Shown here: in pieces, positions 1 to 10,939 of the stretch
Numbering within the stretch: the stretch's first letter is position 1
Layout of the letters: each line of letters opens with the position of its first letter
Assembly (NCBI GenBank): GCA_026770705.1
Contig: JANJGN010000019.1
Location: 92,132,001 to 92,196,000, forward strand
DNA from: Isurus oxyrinchus
Taxonomy: Eukaryota
Reading direction: 5' to 3'
Length of the DNA: 64,000 nt
Notes under the pieces: model-generated
Seen by the model: the letters and a program-made list of their open reading frames with translations, nothing else
What the model was told of the DNA's origin: nothing
The model's database searches: none
Made by a program: the position numbers and the translations under genes

Positions 1-1315
1 CAAGTAATTACAGGTCAATCATCCTAACCTCAGTGATGGGCTAACTGTTGGAAAAGTTATAATAATATAAATCATTATTTAGAAAGGCATGGGTCATTAA
101 TGGACAGTCAGCATGGATATGTTAGGAGAAGGTTGTATCTGACTAACTTGATTGAATTTTTTGAGGAGGTAACAATCAGGGTCAATGAAACTAACACTAT
201 ATGGATATTAGCAAGAATTTTGACAAGGTTCCAGGTGGCAGACTGGTCAGGAAATTGAAAGCTCATGGTATCCAAGGGTAAGTGGCAAGTTGGATCCAAC
301 ATTGCTTGAGTAGCAGGAAGCAAAGGATAATGTTCAATGGATGTCTTTGTAACTGAAGGGCTGTTCCCATGAGGTTCTCTGGGGCTTAGTACTGGGCCCC
401 TTGCTTTTTGTGCTAAATATCAATGATTTGGAATTAAGTGTAGGCTGCATGATTAACAAGTTTCCAGATGGTACAAAAATTTGTTTTTGGGTAGATAGTG
501 AGGGAGAGACTGCAGGAAAATATCAATGGACTAGCTAGGTGGGCAGAAAAGTGCCAAATGGAATTCAATCTAGAGAAATGTGAGGTAATACATTTAGGGA
601 GGGCCAAAAGATGAGGGAATACACTATAAATGGTAGAATACTGCACAGTGCAGAGGAAAAGAGTAGATGACCATAGATCCCTGAAGGTAACAGGACAGGT
701 AGATAATGGGCTCAAGACTGAATTTAGGATACTTCTCTTTATAAGCTGAGGTGCAGAGTATAAGGACAGGGAGGTTACAATAGCACTGCATAAAACATTA
801 GCTTCCACAGCTGGAGTATTGCATAGTGTTCCAGTCTCCCCATTACAGGAAGGATGCAATTGCATTAGAGAGGGTACAAGGAAAATTTGTAAGGATGTTG
901 CCAGGAATGGAGATGTTTAGCTATGGAAAAAGATTGGATAGGCTTGGGTTGTTTTTTTATTGAAGCTGAGGAGGCTGAAGGGAGATTTAACCGAGCTGTA
1001 TATAATGATGAGGGGCCTAGATAAGGAGGACAGAAAGGACGTATTTCCGTTAACAGAGAGGTCAATAACCAGGGGGCACAGATTAAAAGTAATTGGCAAG
1101 TGGGTTAGAGGGGAGTTGAGGAGAATTTTTTTTTCACCCAGAGGGCAGGGAGGATCTGGAACTGACTGTCTGAAAGGGAGGTAAAGGCAGAAACCCTCAT
1201 CACATTTAAAAAAAAAAGTAAAAGCTATGGACCATGAGCTGGAAAGTGGGAATAGCCTGGACAGCTCATTCCTGGCTGGCACAGACACAATGGACCAAAT
1301 GGTGTACTGTACATG
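1..1315 (+). mobile_element. Decayed CR1-clade LINE, RT region to 3' end
   Basis: Broken frames give CR1 ORF2 motifs: NYR-V-LTSV-G at the start, a CLTNL-EFFEEV-like stretch at ~135-170, and LRRLKGDLTELY-M-RGLD...TRGHRLKV (ORF 960-1184). Many stops and frameshifts. Confidence 0.85.
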
Positions 1316-1412
1316 TTCAATATTTTGGTGCATCTAAGTGTCAGTTATACTAAATATGAGCACAAGGCAGCAACCAAAATAAATCCTAATGATAGCAATA
1401 TAAAGAAACCTT

Positions 1413-2027
1413 GGGTAAAATGTTTAGCTGGGTGGGCAGACGTGCGCCCAATCCGCTCGAGTGTAAGACGACGTGCGTTGACGTTAGGCGAGTGTTCCAA
1501 AGTCAATGTGTAGTTATGTGATATTTCGGTTGGCGGCGCGCGTGCCGACAATAAAAAGGCCCGTTAAGGCCAATAACAAAGTTATTAACTTAAATTTTTC
1601 GCTGCCCGTCCAGCCTTACGGTGGGATGAGGTTTCCTAAAGCAAATAAAAATAGAATAAAAAATTTAAAATTGAATTAATAACATGTCCCTGCTCATTTG
1701 GCAAAGTCACATGAGGGGATATGTTTTATGACGTTATGCATTTCTTTATTTATTTTTGTGAAAATTCTTCATCCCCCTGAGGCAGCTCTGTGCGATTCTC
1801 TTGCACTCACTCACGCGCACGTGTGAAGTTCACGCTCGCCCCGCTCGCCGTCTTCCCCCTCCCCCACCTCCCCTCCCCACCCCCCGCCCGTACAGACAGT
1901 GCTAAGCGCTGCCGCTCATGTTTCACGCCGGGCGGGCCTTAATTTGCCTTCCAGCCTTGATCGCGGGCGGCGGACGGCTTCCCTGCCCCTGCCCCCGCCC
2001 CAGCCCAACAAGGGCTAAGTTCTGCCC
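1413..2027. mobile_element. Non-autonomous PIF/Harbinger-like element (MITE)
   Basis: Imperfect TIRs gggtaaaatgtttagc / gctaagttctgccc, 3-bp direct repeat CTT on both sides (1410-1412, 2028-2030), CpG-rich interior, no ORF. Confidence 0.6.
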
Positions 2028-2064
2028 CTTGAAATAGAAACGGAATGCTCTGGATATACACAAT

Positions 2065-2183
2065 GACCGGAATTTTCCAGCCCCTCACACCGGTGGGATC
2101 TTCTGGTCCTGCCAACGTGAATGGAGATTTCAATGACTCACCGGCCCCGCCGTGGGAGATTCTGCTGCCGGAAATTTCCGACC
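2065..2183. mobile_element. 119-bp Harbinger-like MITE
   Basis: TIRs gaccggaattttcc / ggaaatttccgacc, flanked by AAT on both sides (2062-2064, 2184-2186). Confidence 0.6.
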
Positions 2184-2214
2184 AATGAGTCTGAGAAACT
2201 TTGATACAATTGAG

Positions 2215-2475
2215 TGTAAGTAAAGAGTCAACTTTATTTGTCTGGGTCTGGAGTCACAGGCAGGCATGAGAGGTAAGGATGACAGATTTCTCTCCCTCAA
2301 GTACCATGAGTGAACCAATTGGGATTTTCATGACTCATATGACCACTTCAACTGATGCTAGGTTTTTTTATTTTTAAATATTAAAAACTGAATTCAATTT
2401 ACCAACTGCTCTGGTGAGATTTAAACCCACATTCTCTGTAATACCAGTCCAGTAATATAACCAGCATACCACTGA
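2215..2475 (-). mobile_element. Degraded tRNA-derived SINE (family of 23968-24295)
   Basis: Shares the gggtctggagtcaca...cagattt...gtgaacca and gtgagattt-aaccca blocks with the copies at 10575 and 23968. Confidence 0.6.
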
Positions 2476-2677
2476 ACCCATATTAAGATAGTTGACGTCA
2501 GCCAAGATGGCGATCAGGCCACTATAAACGACTTGTTCCTGGGTTAGGGAGAGGAAGGGTAAATTCAACTATCTACTCCCACTCCTGAGCCACTATATGA
2601 TCACTGTGTGAAGACATCATCGATCTGTGGTTTGGTAGGTTCTGCCCTTGTTTCAACAGAAGGTGACACTCCTTCTT

Positions 2678-3570
2678 AGAGTGGTTCAGTGCTGGAACTC
2701 TCTTGACTCTGAGTCAGAGGCTGTGGTTTCAGCCCCATTCCAGAGACACATAATCCAGGCTGACATTCCAGCGCAGTACTGAGGGAAGGCTGCACTGTTG
2801 GAGATGCCTTCTTTGGCATGAGATGGTTAACAGATGCCTCATCTGCCCTCTCAGGTTGAGGTAAAGATCCCATGGTATGATTTGAAGAAGAGCAGGAGAA
2901 TGCTATCTGGTCTCCTGGCCAATGTATTTCCCTCAACCAACATCACTCAGGTTATTTGTCATTGTTTCACTGCTGCCTTGTTAGCACTTTGGTACCACAA
3001 TTCCTACTTTGCATTAGTGACTACACTTCAAAAACAGAAACATAGAAAATAGGAGCAGGAGTAGGTCATTCGGCTCTTTGAGACTGCTCTGCCATTCAGT
3101 ATGATCATGGCTGATCATCTCAATGCCGTACTCCTGCTCTCTCCCCATACCCCTTGATGCCTTTAAAGTCTAGAAATCTATCTATTTCCTTCTTAAATAT
3201 ATTCAGAGACTTGGTCCCCACAGCCTCCTGTGGTAGAGAATTCCACAGGTTAGCCACCCTCTGTGTGAAGAAGTTTTTCCTCATCTCAGTGCTAGATGGC
3301 CTGCCCCGTATCCTGACACTGTGACCCCTTGTTCTAGCCGCGCCCCCCCCCCCCCCATCCACAGGAAACATCATCCCTGCATCCAGTCTGTCCAAGTCTG
3401 TCAGAGTGTTATATGTTTCAGTGAGATCTACTCTCATTCTTCTAAACTCCAGTGAATACAGGCCTAGTCAGCCCAATCTGTCCTCATACGACAATTCTGC
3501 CATCCCAGTGTAAGCTGCTTTGGGATGCCCTGAGGTGGTGGAGGGTGCTATGTAAATGCAGGTTTTTTTC
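2678..3570 (+). mobile_element. Deu-domain SINE (SacSINE1/AmnSINE1-like), split by a CR1 fragment
   Basis: tRNA-like head, Deu-type core tctgccctctcaggt...aaagatcccatgg...gaagaagagcagg, and tail gctttgggatg...tgctatgtaaatgcag. Interrupted at ~3031-3507. Confidence 0.75.
3031..3507 (-). mobile_element. 5'-truncated CR1 LINE 3' end
   Basis: ORF 3120-3437: RVDLTETYNTL...RTRGHS...MRKNFFTQRVANLWNSLP, a CR1 ORF2 C-terminus, with a (TTTCTATG)-type tail. Confidence 0.9.
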
Positions 3571-3879
3571 CTTCTTTCCAAACTCACATATGGTGAATGG
3601 TCACTTGGGAGAGAAAGATTTATTCCACTGGAGGAAAAAGTGGCATGGAAGAAACAAAAAACATTTGTTTAAATATTTTCTGGAATCCCTGTGTGCCACA
3701 GACTGATATTTCTATGATTTTAGATGGAGTGACTCCAACTTCATTTTGTAAATGGTTTCAGCCAGCTGTGTCTTTGGGAGGTCTGTGTGAGAATCCCATT
3801 TCTCTGTGGCCTAGATGCTATGTGATGACAAATACAAGTAATTGGCTGCACGCAACAAGAACCAAAGGGGGGGAAAAAA

Positions 3880-4290
3880 ACAAAGAGCTTGAATTTATAT
3901 AGCGCCTTGCCCCACCTCGGAATGTTCCGGAGCACTTTACAGTCAATGAAGCACTTTTTGAAGTGTGGTCATTGTTGTGATGTAGGCAACCAATTTGTAC
4001 ACAGCAAGGTCCCACAAAAAGCAATGTGCTAAATTACCAAGTAATCAGTTTTAGTGAATTTGGATGAGGGATAAATATTGACCAGGACGCCATGGAGAAC
4101 TCCATTGCTCTTCTTTGAAATAGTGTCTTAGAATCTTTTACATCCACCTGAGAGAGCAGATGGAGCTTTGGTCTTATGCCTCATCCAAAATAGCACCTCT
4201 AAAGGTACATCATTTCTCAGCATTCTGGAGTGGGATTTGAACCTATAACCGCCTAATTCAAGGAGCAAAGGCATTGCCTACCAAGCAACA
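3880..4290 (-). mobile_element. Deu-domain SINE
   Basis: Reverse-strand copy of the family at 2678, 21310 and 22240. Confidence 0.75.
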
Positions 4291-4664
4291 GCAGCACTTC
4301 CAGATAGCTCAAGGTCATTAAGTTGTTGAAGTAGGAAAAAAGACCCGCAGTACCTAGAGGAGGAGGGTGAATCTATGATAGAAAGGGGAGGGGTGGGGGC
4401 AGATGTCAGAGTCAAGAGTAGGACACCAGCAGACATCCCTGGCAATTTCCAGGAGAGTGCCTCTCCTCTGGATAGCGATAATATAGAGTTTCAATGTGAC
4501 AGGGATGTGCCATGCACTAAGGCAATGCAACAGGGAAGGAGAGAAAAGAGAACATTTTTAATATAGCAGACATGTTGTGATATTTGGCGATTCAATTATT
4601 TGGTTTCCAGATGAAAATCTGTGCAAAGCAGACAAAAGAAATGAGAAGTAAAACATAATCAACT

Positions 4665-4745
4665 TGCACTGTTGACTCCATTTATCCCTCCACAGATGCT
4701 GCCAGACCTTCTGAGTATTTCCAACAAATTCTGTTGTTTGCAAAA
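4665..4745 (+). mobile_element. Old Penelope-like terminal-repeat fragment
   Basis: ctccacagatgctgccagacct-ctgagtatttcca...ttctgtt is a diverged version of the PLE terminus at 54480-54540. Confidence 0.6.
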
Positions 4746-4833
4746 TGGAGTGGAAGAGATGAAGAATCTGATGTTGAATAGGAACCAATTGTTCTCTAGG
4801 TGGGAATGAATAACACAGATATAAAGTAGGCCA

Positions 4834-5088
4834 AAACAAAGAGAACTGCGGATGCTGGAAATGCAAAACAAAAACAGAATTACCTGGAAAAACTCAGCAG
4901 GTCTGGCAGCATCGGTGGAGAAGAAAAGAGTTGACGTTTCGAGTCCTCATGACCCTTCGACAGAACTTGAAGGTCTTGAACTTCAAGTTCTGTCGAAGGG
5001 TCATGAGGACTCGAAACGTCAACTCTTTTCTTCTCCGCCGATGCTGCCAGACCTGCTGAGTTTTTCCAGGTAATTCTGTTTTTGTTTT
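4834..5088. mobile_element. Palindromic Penelope-derived mini-insertion
   Basis: Two inverted ~105-bp copies of the PLE terminal repeat around a short loop (~4971-4981). Flanking direct repeat TATAAAGTAGGCCA (4820-4833, 5088-5101). Confidence 0.9.
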
Positions 5089-5569
5089 ATAAAGTAGGCC
5101 ACAGGTCCTTCACGCTCAATTTCCGGCATTGCGAGCTTAAAGGGAGGACCTAGGGTGAAATATTTTCTGAAACACTCACATAGCAGTGAAGAGAGACAGA
5201 GGGTTAACAAACAGATCGACCAGTGGCTAAGGCTTTAGAATAGGGAACGTTGGGATACCTTTTGGAATGAGGGTTCCCACACAGACCACTTGGGCTTCAT
5301 CTAAACCAAAGGTGGGGGAGGGGGTGGAGTTGCTGGAAGGATAGATCGATGGGGAGTGTTTAAACTAGCTGTGCTGATGTTTGCGATAGAGATACTGATG
5401 GAAGGAAATTTTAAGCTGTGCCAGTGAAAATACAAATCAAAAGTTTAATAAGTCTAATTCCAATGCTGGAAGATAAGCAAAGCAAAAATGATAACAAAAT
5501 AAATGGGAATGGAATACAGGAATGGAGCTGAGCTTGCATTAGTGTAAGAAGTCTACTGTCACAGGGCAT

Positions 5570-6690
5570 AGTTATGATATTGCAAATTTTTAGAAAACTA
5601 TTTTAAAATTTAACTTTTTTAAAAAAACTTTGGACTGAGTTTAAAGACTGTTTCAAAATGGCTTTAAGCTAAAGGACAGAATTGTGGATTTCAAACTGGG
5701 TCTCCTCTCCCGAGAGGACAAAAGACAATCCTTAATTTAAAACAAAAACAGAATTATCTGGAAAAACTCAGCAGGTCTGGCAGCATCGGCAGAGAAGAAA
5801 AGAGTTGACGTTTCGAGTCCTCATGACCCTTCGACAGAACTTGAGTTCAAGTCCAGAAAAGAGTTGAAATATAAGCTGGTTTAAGGTGTGGGGGTGGGGG
5901 GGAGAGAGAGAGAGAGAGAGAGGGAGAGAAGTGGAGGGGGGTGGTGTGGTTGTAGGCAAAAGCAGTTTTTGCCAGACCTGCTGAGTTTTTCCAGGTAATT
6001 CTGTTTTTGTTTTGGATTTCCAGCATCCACAGTTGTTTTGTTTTTAATCCTTAATTTAATTTTGGTTCACTGTGGTCTTGTCCAGGAGATAATAAAGTTT
6101 TGTTGAGGCCTCTTTGTATGTATGTAAATTGTGCCTTGGCTAGGACTACAGCTAAAAACCACAAGTGGGGGAAGGGCTGTTTTGAAGTGTCCATGCCTTA
6201 TTTGGGAGATGGTTGGCATTTTTGTACAGGTCACATGATAATAGCAACCATTTTGACTTACCTGCAAAAAGCATTGAAAAGAACAGGAAGCGGGCTACTT
6301 AACACACGGAGAACCAGCTTGAAGAGCTTCAACCTAGGGAGAGACAGAGAAAGGCTTCTAAAAACAGCTACTGGTCTGCTGTAAAATAACTAGGTAGCCA
6401 AAAGTGCCACAGTACAGAATTAGAAGAGAAGAACCTTTTGTCCTCCTGTAAACCCTGATTCCATCTACTGAGCTCACCTGTTAAAGCAACCTCTGGCAAT
6501 TTGACAGTGGAAGCCATCGCAGCTGCAGAGACAACTCTATAACCTCAAGACCTTCACTCCAAACAACGCAACAGCTTGACTTCAAAACATAACAGGCCTG
6601 CACCAAACAATAGAGAAACTGAGCTGACCCAATTTTTATAAATCGCGCTTTTTTTCATTTGTAACTAGTCTTTGTGTGTGTGTGAGTTAT
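5570..6690. mobile_element. Unclassified insertion, possibly a solo LTR, inside the old CR1
   Basis: Separates the CR1 endonuclease start (SVRSL, ~5541) from its continuation (LDIISIAET, ~6720). No coding motif recognised. Confidence 0.35.
5741..6045. mobile_element. Palindromic Penelope-derived mini-insertion
   Basis: Inverted PLE termini with an internal (GA)n segment matching the reverse complement of 54340-54540. TSD AATCCTTAATTTAA (5727-5740, 6046-6059). Confidence 0.9.
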
Positions 6691-7561
6691 CTGACGGGTC
6701 TTGCTAGGGTTGACAAATTGGACATCATTAGCATTGCAGAAACATGAAAGAATGATTCCAATCTATGGGAAACAAAGCTGGAAGGATATACAGGAGAGAC
6801 CGTGTCAGGTTTAGAGAAGATCATCTGGTAGTGCTATGTGGGGATATGCTATAGAACTTCAGTCTTGGATAAACGCCTTGACCTGAAATGTGGGACTAGA
6901 TAAAGTCGACAAATGATAATGCACCAACTGCATAGAACTTCAAGATTTCAACTTAACTCAGACAAGAATACCTATACTGGTAAGACAGCAACAACAAAGG
7001 GATGTCTAGAGTTAATAGAAGGCTGCTTTATGACTCAGTATGTAAACAAGCCAACAAGGGGTGAAAATATCATGTATTTGATGGAGTAATAGGGCTGATC
7101 AAATCTCCAACACAAAAGTGGGCGAGGCTTTAATCACCAGTAATCATAATGTAATCATATTCAACATTAGAAGGATTGGAGGGGTTGTTAAAAAAAACAC
7201 AACGCTCATACATTTTAAGAGAACCAAACTGATGTGCTTGAGGATTGTTGTCAGATTGGACCTAGAAGGTTTGAATATGGCTAGCTGAGTGAAGGAACTA
7301 TGGATTTCCTGGAGATGATGCAATAACCCAATGTGTACACATACAAAATAAAGGTACTAAACTTAAAGGCACTCAGGCCTGGTTGAATGGGCTACCAAGC
7401 AGCAGCGGATTTACAGTTAGTAGGGCCTTGGGCTCAGCTTCATTTTGGTCACCCCCATGCCCCACTGGGACTGCGAATCCTCCTTCCCTCCCCCACTCTC
7501 CCTCTCTCCCTCCCCTCACCCTCACCCCCATGCCCCAGCTGCACCAAGCTCGCAAATCAGG

Positions 7562-9499
7562 TCTGGAGAAGTCGTCCTCGGCAGACAGACCGGTGATTTT
7601 GAAAGTGGCCATGATTTTCCCGTGGTCATGAGTGACCCGAATATGCAATGGCTGTGCCTGTTTCTATGACAGGATCAGCTCCCTGGTTCGGTCAGGATGA
7701 CCATTCGCTTGGGCAGGTTTCTCAGGCCCAAAACATTGTCTGTTTTCCTTCTTCTTCAGCCAGGGGATCCAAGATCTCCTGAGATTTAACTCATTCACTG
7801 CTGGTGGATACCACTCCTACACCGAGGGTCACTCCAGGGGCTTCTTAAGCCCTCCTTTCCAGTGATTGTTCATCAGATGGTTTTCTTCTTGTATGGATTT
7901 TCACATAAATACAACAGGATTGTCTTCCTCTCCCATGCCATTGGTTGGACCGTTGGTCTGTGGATATCACTGGGAGATCTATCATTCTTCAACATTCACA
8001 CTTGGCCTGAGTGCCCCACTATACCGTTTAGACAGCTGTGCTCCTTTGCCAAGCTCACAAGCTCTTGGCCCATGTTTTTGTTTTTGTTCTCCCCTTGTTG
8101 GAAAGGTTTCCAGCGAACCAAATAACTGGGCTGCGGCTGGGAAAGCTGGTCTTCCTTGTTCATGAATTTTCTCCTTCAGTTCCTGGATGTCGGCCACCAG
8201 CTCTCGAGTTTGGCCTCTTCAACTGAGAAATGATTCCAAGCCTCAGCCTCCTGGTCCAGGGTTTCACTTTTCCCCACTACCTTGCCTTTGCTCAACTGCT
8301 TTATTATTTCTTCCAGCTGTTGGCTCAGGAGCTTTGCTTTGTCTCGTTCACTCCTGAACTTCCGCTCGAGCTGGTTGTATTCGTCCTCAGTCTTCATCAG
8401 GTCACCTTCAACTACCTCCTACTACTTCAATCGAGACTGCAATCACTCTGTTTCCAGTGTGAGCTCTTTAATTTTGTTATCATCCAGCCAAGTGTCTCCC
8501 GAATGTTTCTCCAGTTCTTTCTTGGCTTTATTTCAGGGTGCATCACTTTCCGCTTCTTTTACACAGTTAAGCCCCTTCTTCAACAAGCCAAATCTAAAGT
8601 TCGGATCATTTGACTTTAGCTGTTTGTCTTTGAGTTCCACCTTCAGTTCATCCCTTTCATTGAGAAGGATGGATATTTTCTTCTCTATTTCCGATTTCAA
8701 TTTCAGCAGCTCCTTATTTTCTTGTATCTGTTACCTGTGTTGTCTTACTTTGTTCCTCCTTCAGCTTGTTATTAAGGTCAATCACTTATTGCTCTTCCTG
8801 GTTTCACTTGTCCGCCACGCCTCTCCTTTCATCCACCAACATCACAGTAGAAGAGTCAATGTTAACTCTGTGTGTTAGTCTCCACAGATGCTGCTAGACC
8901 TGCTGTGTTTTTCCAGCATTTTCTGTTTTCCATATCATAGTAAAAGACTTCAACTTGGGCAAGTTGTCTTTCCAGTCCAGCTTCTGACAATTCAAGTTCT
9001 TTCACTCGGCCTTTCACTAATTCCAACTCACTGACCAGGCCTTTGGTCAGATTCTTCTCTTTATCCAAACTAACATGCAGTTGTGAACATTCCGATTTGC
9101 TTTTGTTAAAAACGTCTTCCAGTTTTTCTAGATCAACCATTCTATTTTGTAGTTTTCCCACCTCCATTTTCAAGTTCCCACTCTGCAGTTCTTCCTCGTT
9201 CAATCTTTTCTTCAGTTCTCTGCCCTGATCTTGCTCCTTGGTTATCTCCTCCGTCCTTACCCTCCATCTCCAGTACCCGCTTCCGCAGGTTTTCCACCTC
9301 AGCCATGAGGCTGGAGTTCACATTCCTGAAGTTCCTCCTCAGCTTCCTGTAGGCTTTTGTTGTTCTCCGCCAGCTCTTCAAGCTGATGGCTCAGCTTTCA
9401 CCCCAGCTGGTGGTTCTGAGACTCTTGGGCGGCGAGTTTGGCTGTTATCTCGTCATGCCCTTGCAAAGACTTGGCGGACTTGTGCCCGAGTTCCACCTC
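7562..9499 (-). pseudogene. FILIP1: Frameshifted fragment of filamin A-interacting protein 1 coding sequence
   Basis: Colinear peptides EVELGHKSAK..HDEITAKLAAQESQN, NSSLMAEVENLRKRVLEMEGKD, LEKLEDVFNKSKSECSQLH, MKTEDEYNQLERKFRSERDKA, LSKRYSGALRPSVN and QPLHIRVTHDH..ATFKIT. These match FILIP1 as recalled better than FILIP1L or LUZP1. Multiple stops and frameshifts; no start, stop or splice sites. Confidence 0.88.
8855..8932 (+). mobile_element. Older Penelope-like terminal fragment inserted into the FILIP1 fragment
   Basis: gttaactct...ctccacagatgctgctagacctgctg...ttttctgtttt, with a diverged TSD atcacagtagaaga / atcatagtaaaaga duplicating the FILIP1 KSFTVM codons. Confidence 0.7.
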
Positions 9500-10574
9500 G
9501 TCTTCCCATGACGGTTTGTTTCAGTGTCTTGAGAGGGTGAGGAGGGGGGTGCAGAAACTGCCAGGAGGTTTTTTTGTATACAGCCGAGCAGACAGCTTAA
9601 TGGCTCAGCTGAAAGACGGCGCTTCCAACAGTTCAGCACTCACCATCAGTTTGGGGCACCCCACCCCTGTCATTTGGAGACCTCGTGCCACGGCACGGTG
9701 TGTTTCATTGTAAATCCGCCCCTGCCACCAAGTAACTCATAAAGAAGGGGGTAAAAAGCTTTTAAGGCCATGAAAGAACATGGCATTGGGTAAAGATGCG
9801 GCTCAGTCCCAAAAGGTGTGCTCGAAGTGTAAAAAAAGGCTTCAAAATGGCAAAGAAAATGTTTTAATTGAATGTGGCAAGAAAATTGAAAAGTATTAAT
9901 AAAAAGTTTTTTAGTTTTAAGAGAAAATGAGAAATGAGGGTTGGAATAGGGCTCTTGAAAGTTGGATCAGGTGAGGGAATGACATTCATGCTACATATGT
10001 TGCAAACATACAAGATTTCTGTCTCCATCTTTATCAGGAGGAGACAGTAAGCTTATCTGATCTGGAAAGGGAGTAGGGCTTTGCAGAGGTAAGTTGTAAC
10101 GCTTCACATTACTACCAGCAAGGTTGCTGAACAGCTGTGCAAATTTAAGGTAAATAAATCTCAGGGAGTGGATAAGGTACAACCAAGGACCCACCAGAAA
10201 ATTGCAGGAACTCTTTCACAAATTTTTCTGTAATCAGTGAATACCGGAGATGTGCCTGGGAACTGGAGAAAGGCAGATATCACCCCTATTGTTCCTTAAG
10301 GTCACAAAAGTGACCCAGGAAATGACAGACCAGCGAATGGATAAAGTTAGGGAAACCCTTATTAAAAATATGATCATGGAGCATCTGGACAGAAATAAAA
10401 CCAGTAAAACATGGGTTCATGAAAGGGAGATGTTGCCAATTGTGTTTACTAGTCTCCTTTGAAGATGTAATAGTTTTATAAGTCAACATGAGTAAGTGTT
10501 ATTTGCTACTCTGACTGATATTTAATTCACCTGTCACCAGTTAACTGGGAGGCTTCTATCTCCAATGACCAGAC

Positions 10575-10937
10575 ATTTTTTTTATTTGTTCCTGGGATAT
10601 GAATATCACTGGTAAGGTCAGCGTTTGTTGCTCACCCCTAATTGCCCCTGAGAGCCAGCCACATTGCTGTGGGTCTGGAGTTATATGTAGATCAGACCAG
10701 GTAAGAATGGCAGATTTCCTTCCCTTAAAGGGGCAGCGGTGAACCAGATGGGTTTTTATGACGATCGATGATAATTTCATGGTTACTGTTACTAACTTTC
10801 AATTTCAGATTTTTAAAAAATAATTAATTGAATTTAAATTCCACCAGCTACCATGGTGAGATTTGAACCCATGTCCCCAGAGAATTAGCCTGGGCCTTGG
10901 GATTACACGTCTAGTGACATTACCACTGCACCATCTC
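10575..10937 (-). mobile_element. tRNA-derived SINE with LINE-derived tail
   Basis: A/B-box-like head (ggtgcagtggtaatg...gggttcaaatctcacc). The tail gggcaattagggg...tcatatcccaggaac is shared with the LINE end at 14630. Confidence 0.8.
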
Positions 10938-10939
10938 AC

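Larger units (their letters stand above)
7400..9724. mobile_element. Non-autonomous hAT-type DNA transposon carrying a host gene fragment (Pack-TIR)
   Basis: Left TIR CAGCAGCGGATTTACAGT (7400-7417); right TIR reverse-complemented CAGGGGCGGATTTACAAT (9707-9724), 15/18 match. 8-bp TSD CTACCAAG (7392-7399) / CCACCAAG (9725-9732). No transposase. Confidence 0.85.
4330..10500 (+). mobile_element. Old, long CR1 LINE hosting several nested insertions
   Basis: Colinear decayed motifs: ORF1 SGNH-esterase VIFGDSII (~4578) and GLHLN (~5290); APE endonuclease LDIISIAET (~6720), FMTQYVNKPTRGEN (~7025) and an SDHN-like motif (~7140); a RP-W-M linker split at 7400/9725; RT N-terminal WRKA-ITLLF-K (~10265). 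Confidence 0.7.

Noticed and set aside
8230-8878. Plus-strand Ser/Leu/Phe-rich ORFs (127 and 198 aa)
   Set aside because: Antisense shadow of the Glu/Lys-rich FILIP1 coiled-coil codons.
7562-9499. Functional FILIP1 exon or processed retrocopy
   Set aside because: Many stops and frameshifts plus a PLE insertion. It starts and ends mid-exon with no splice sites or poly(A), and is enclosed by TIRs and an 8-bp TSD. Lack of introns is uninformative because the region is one large exon.
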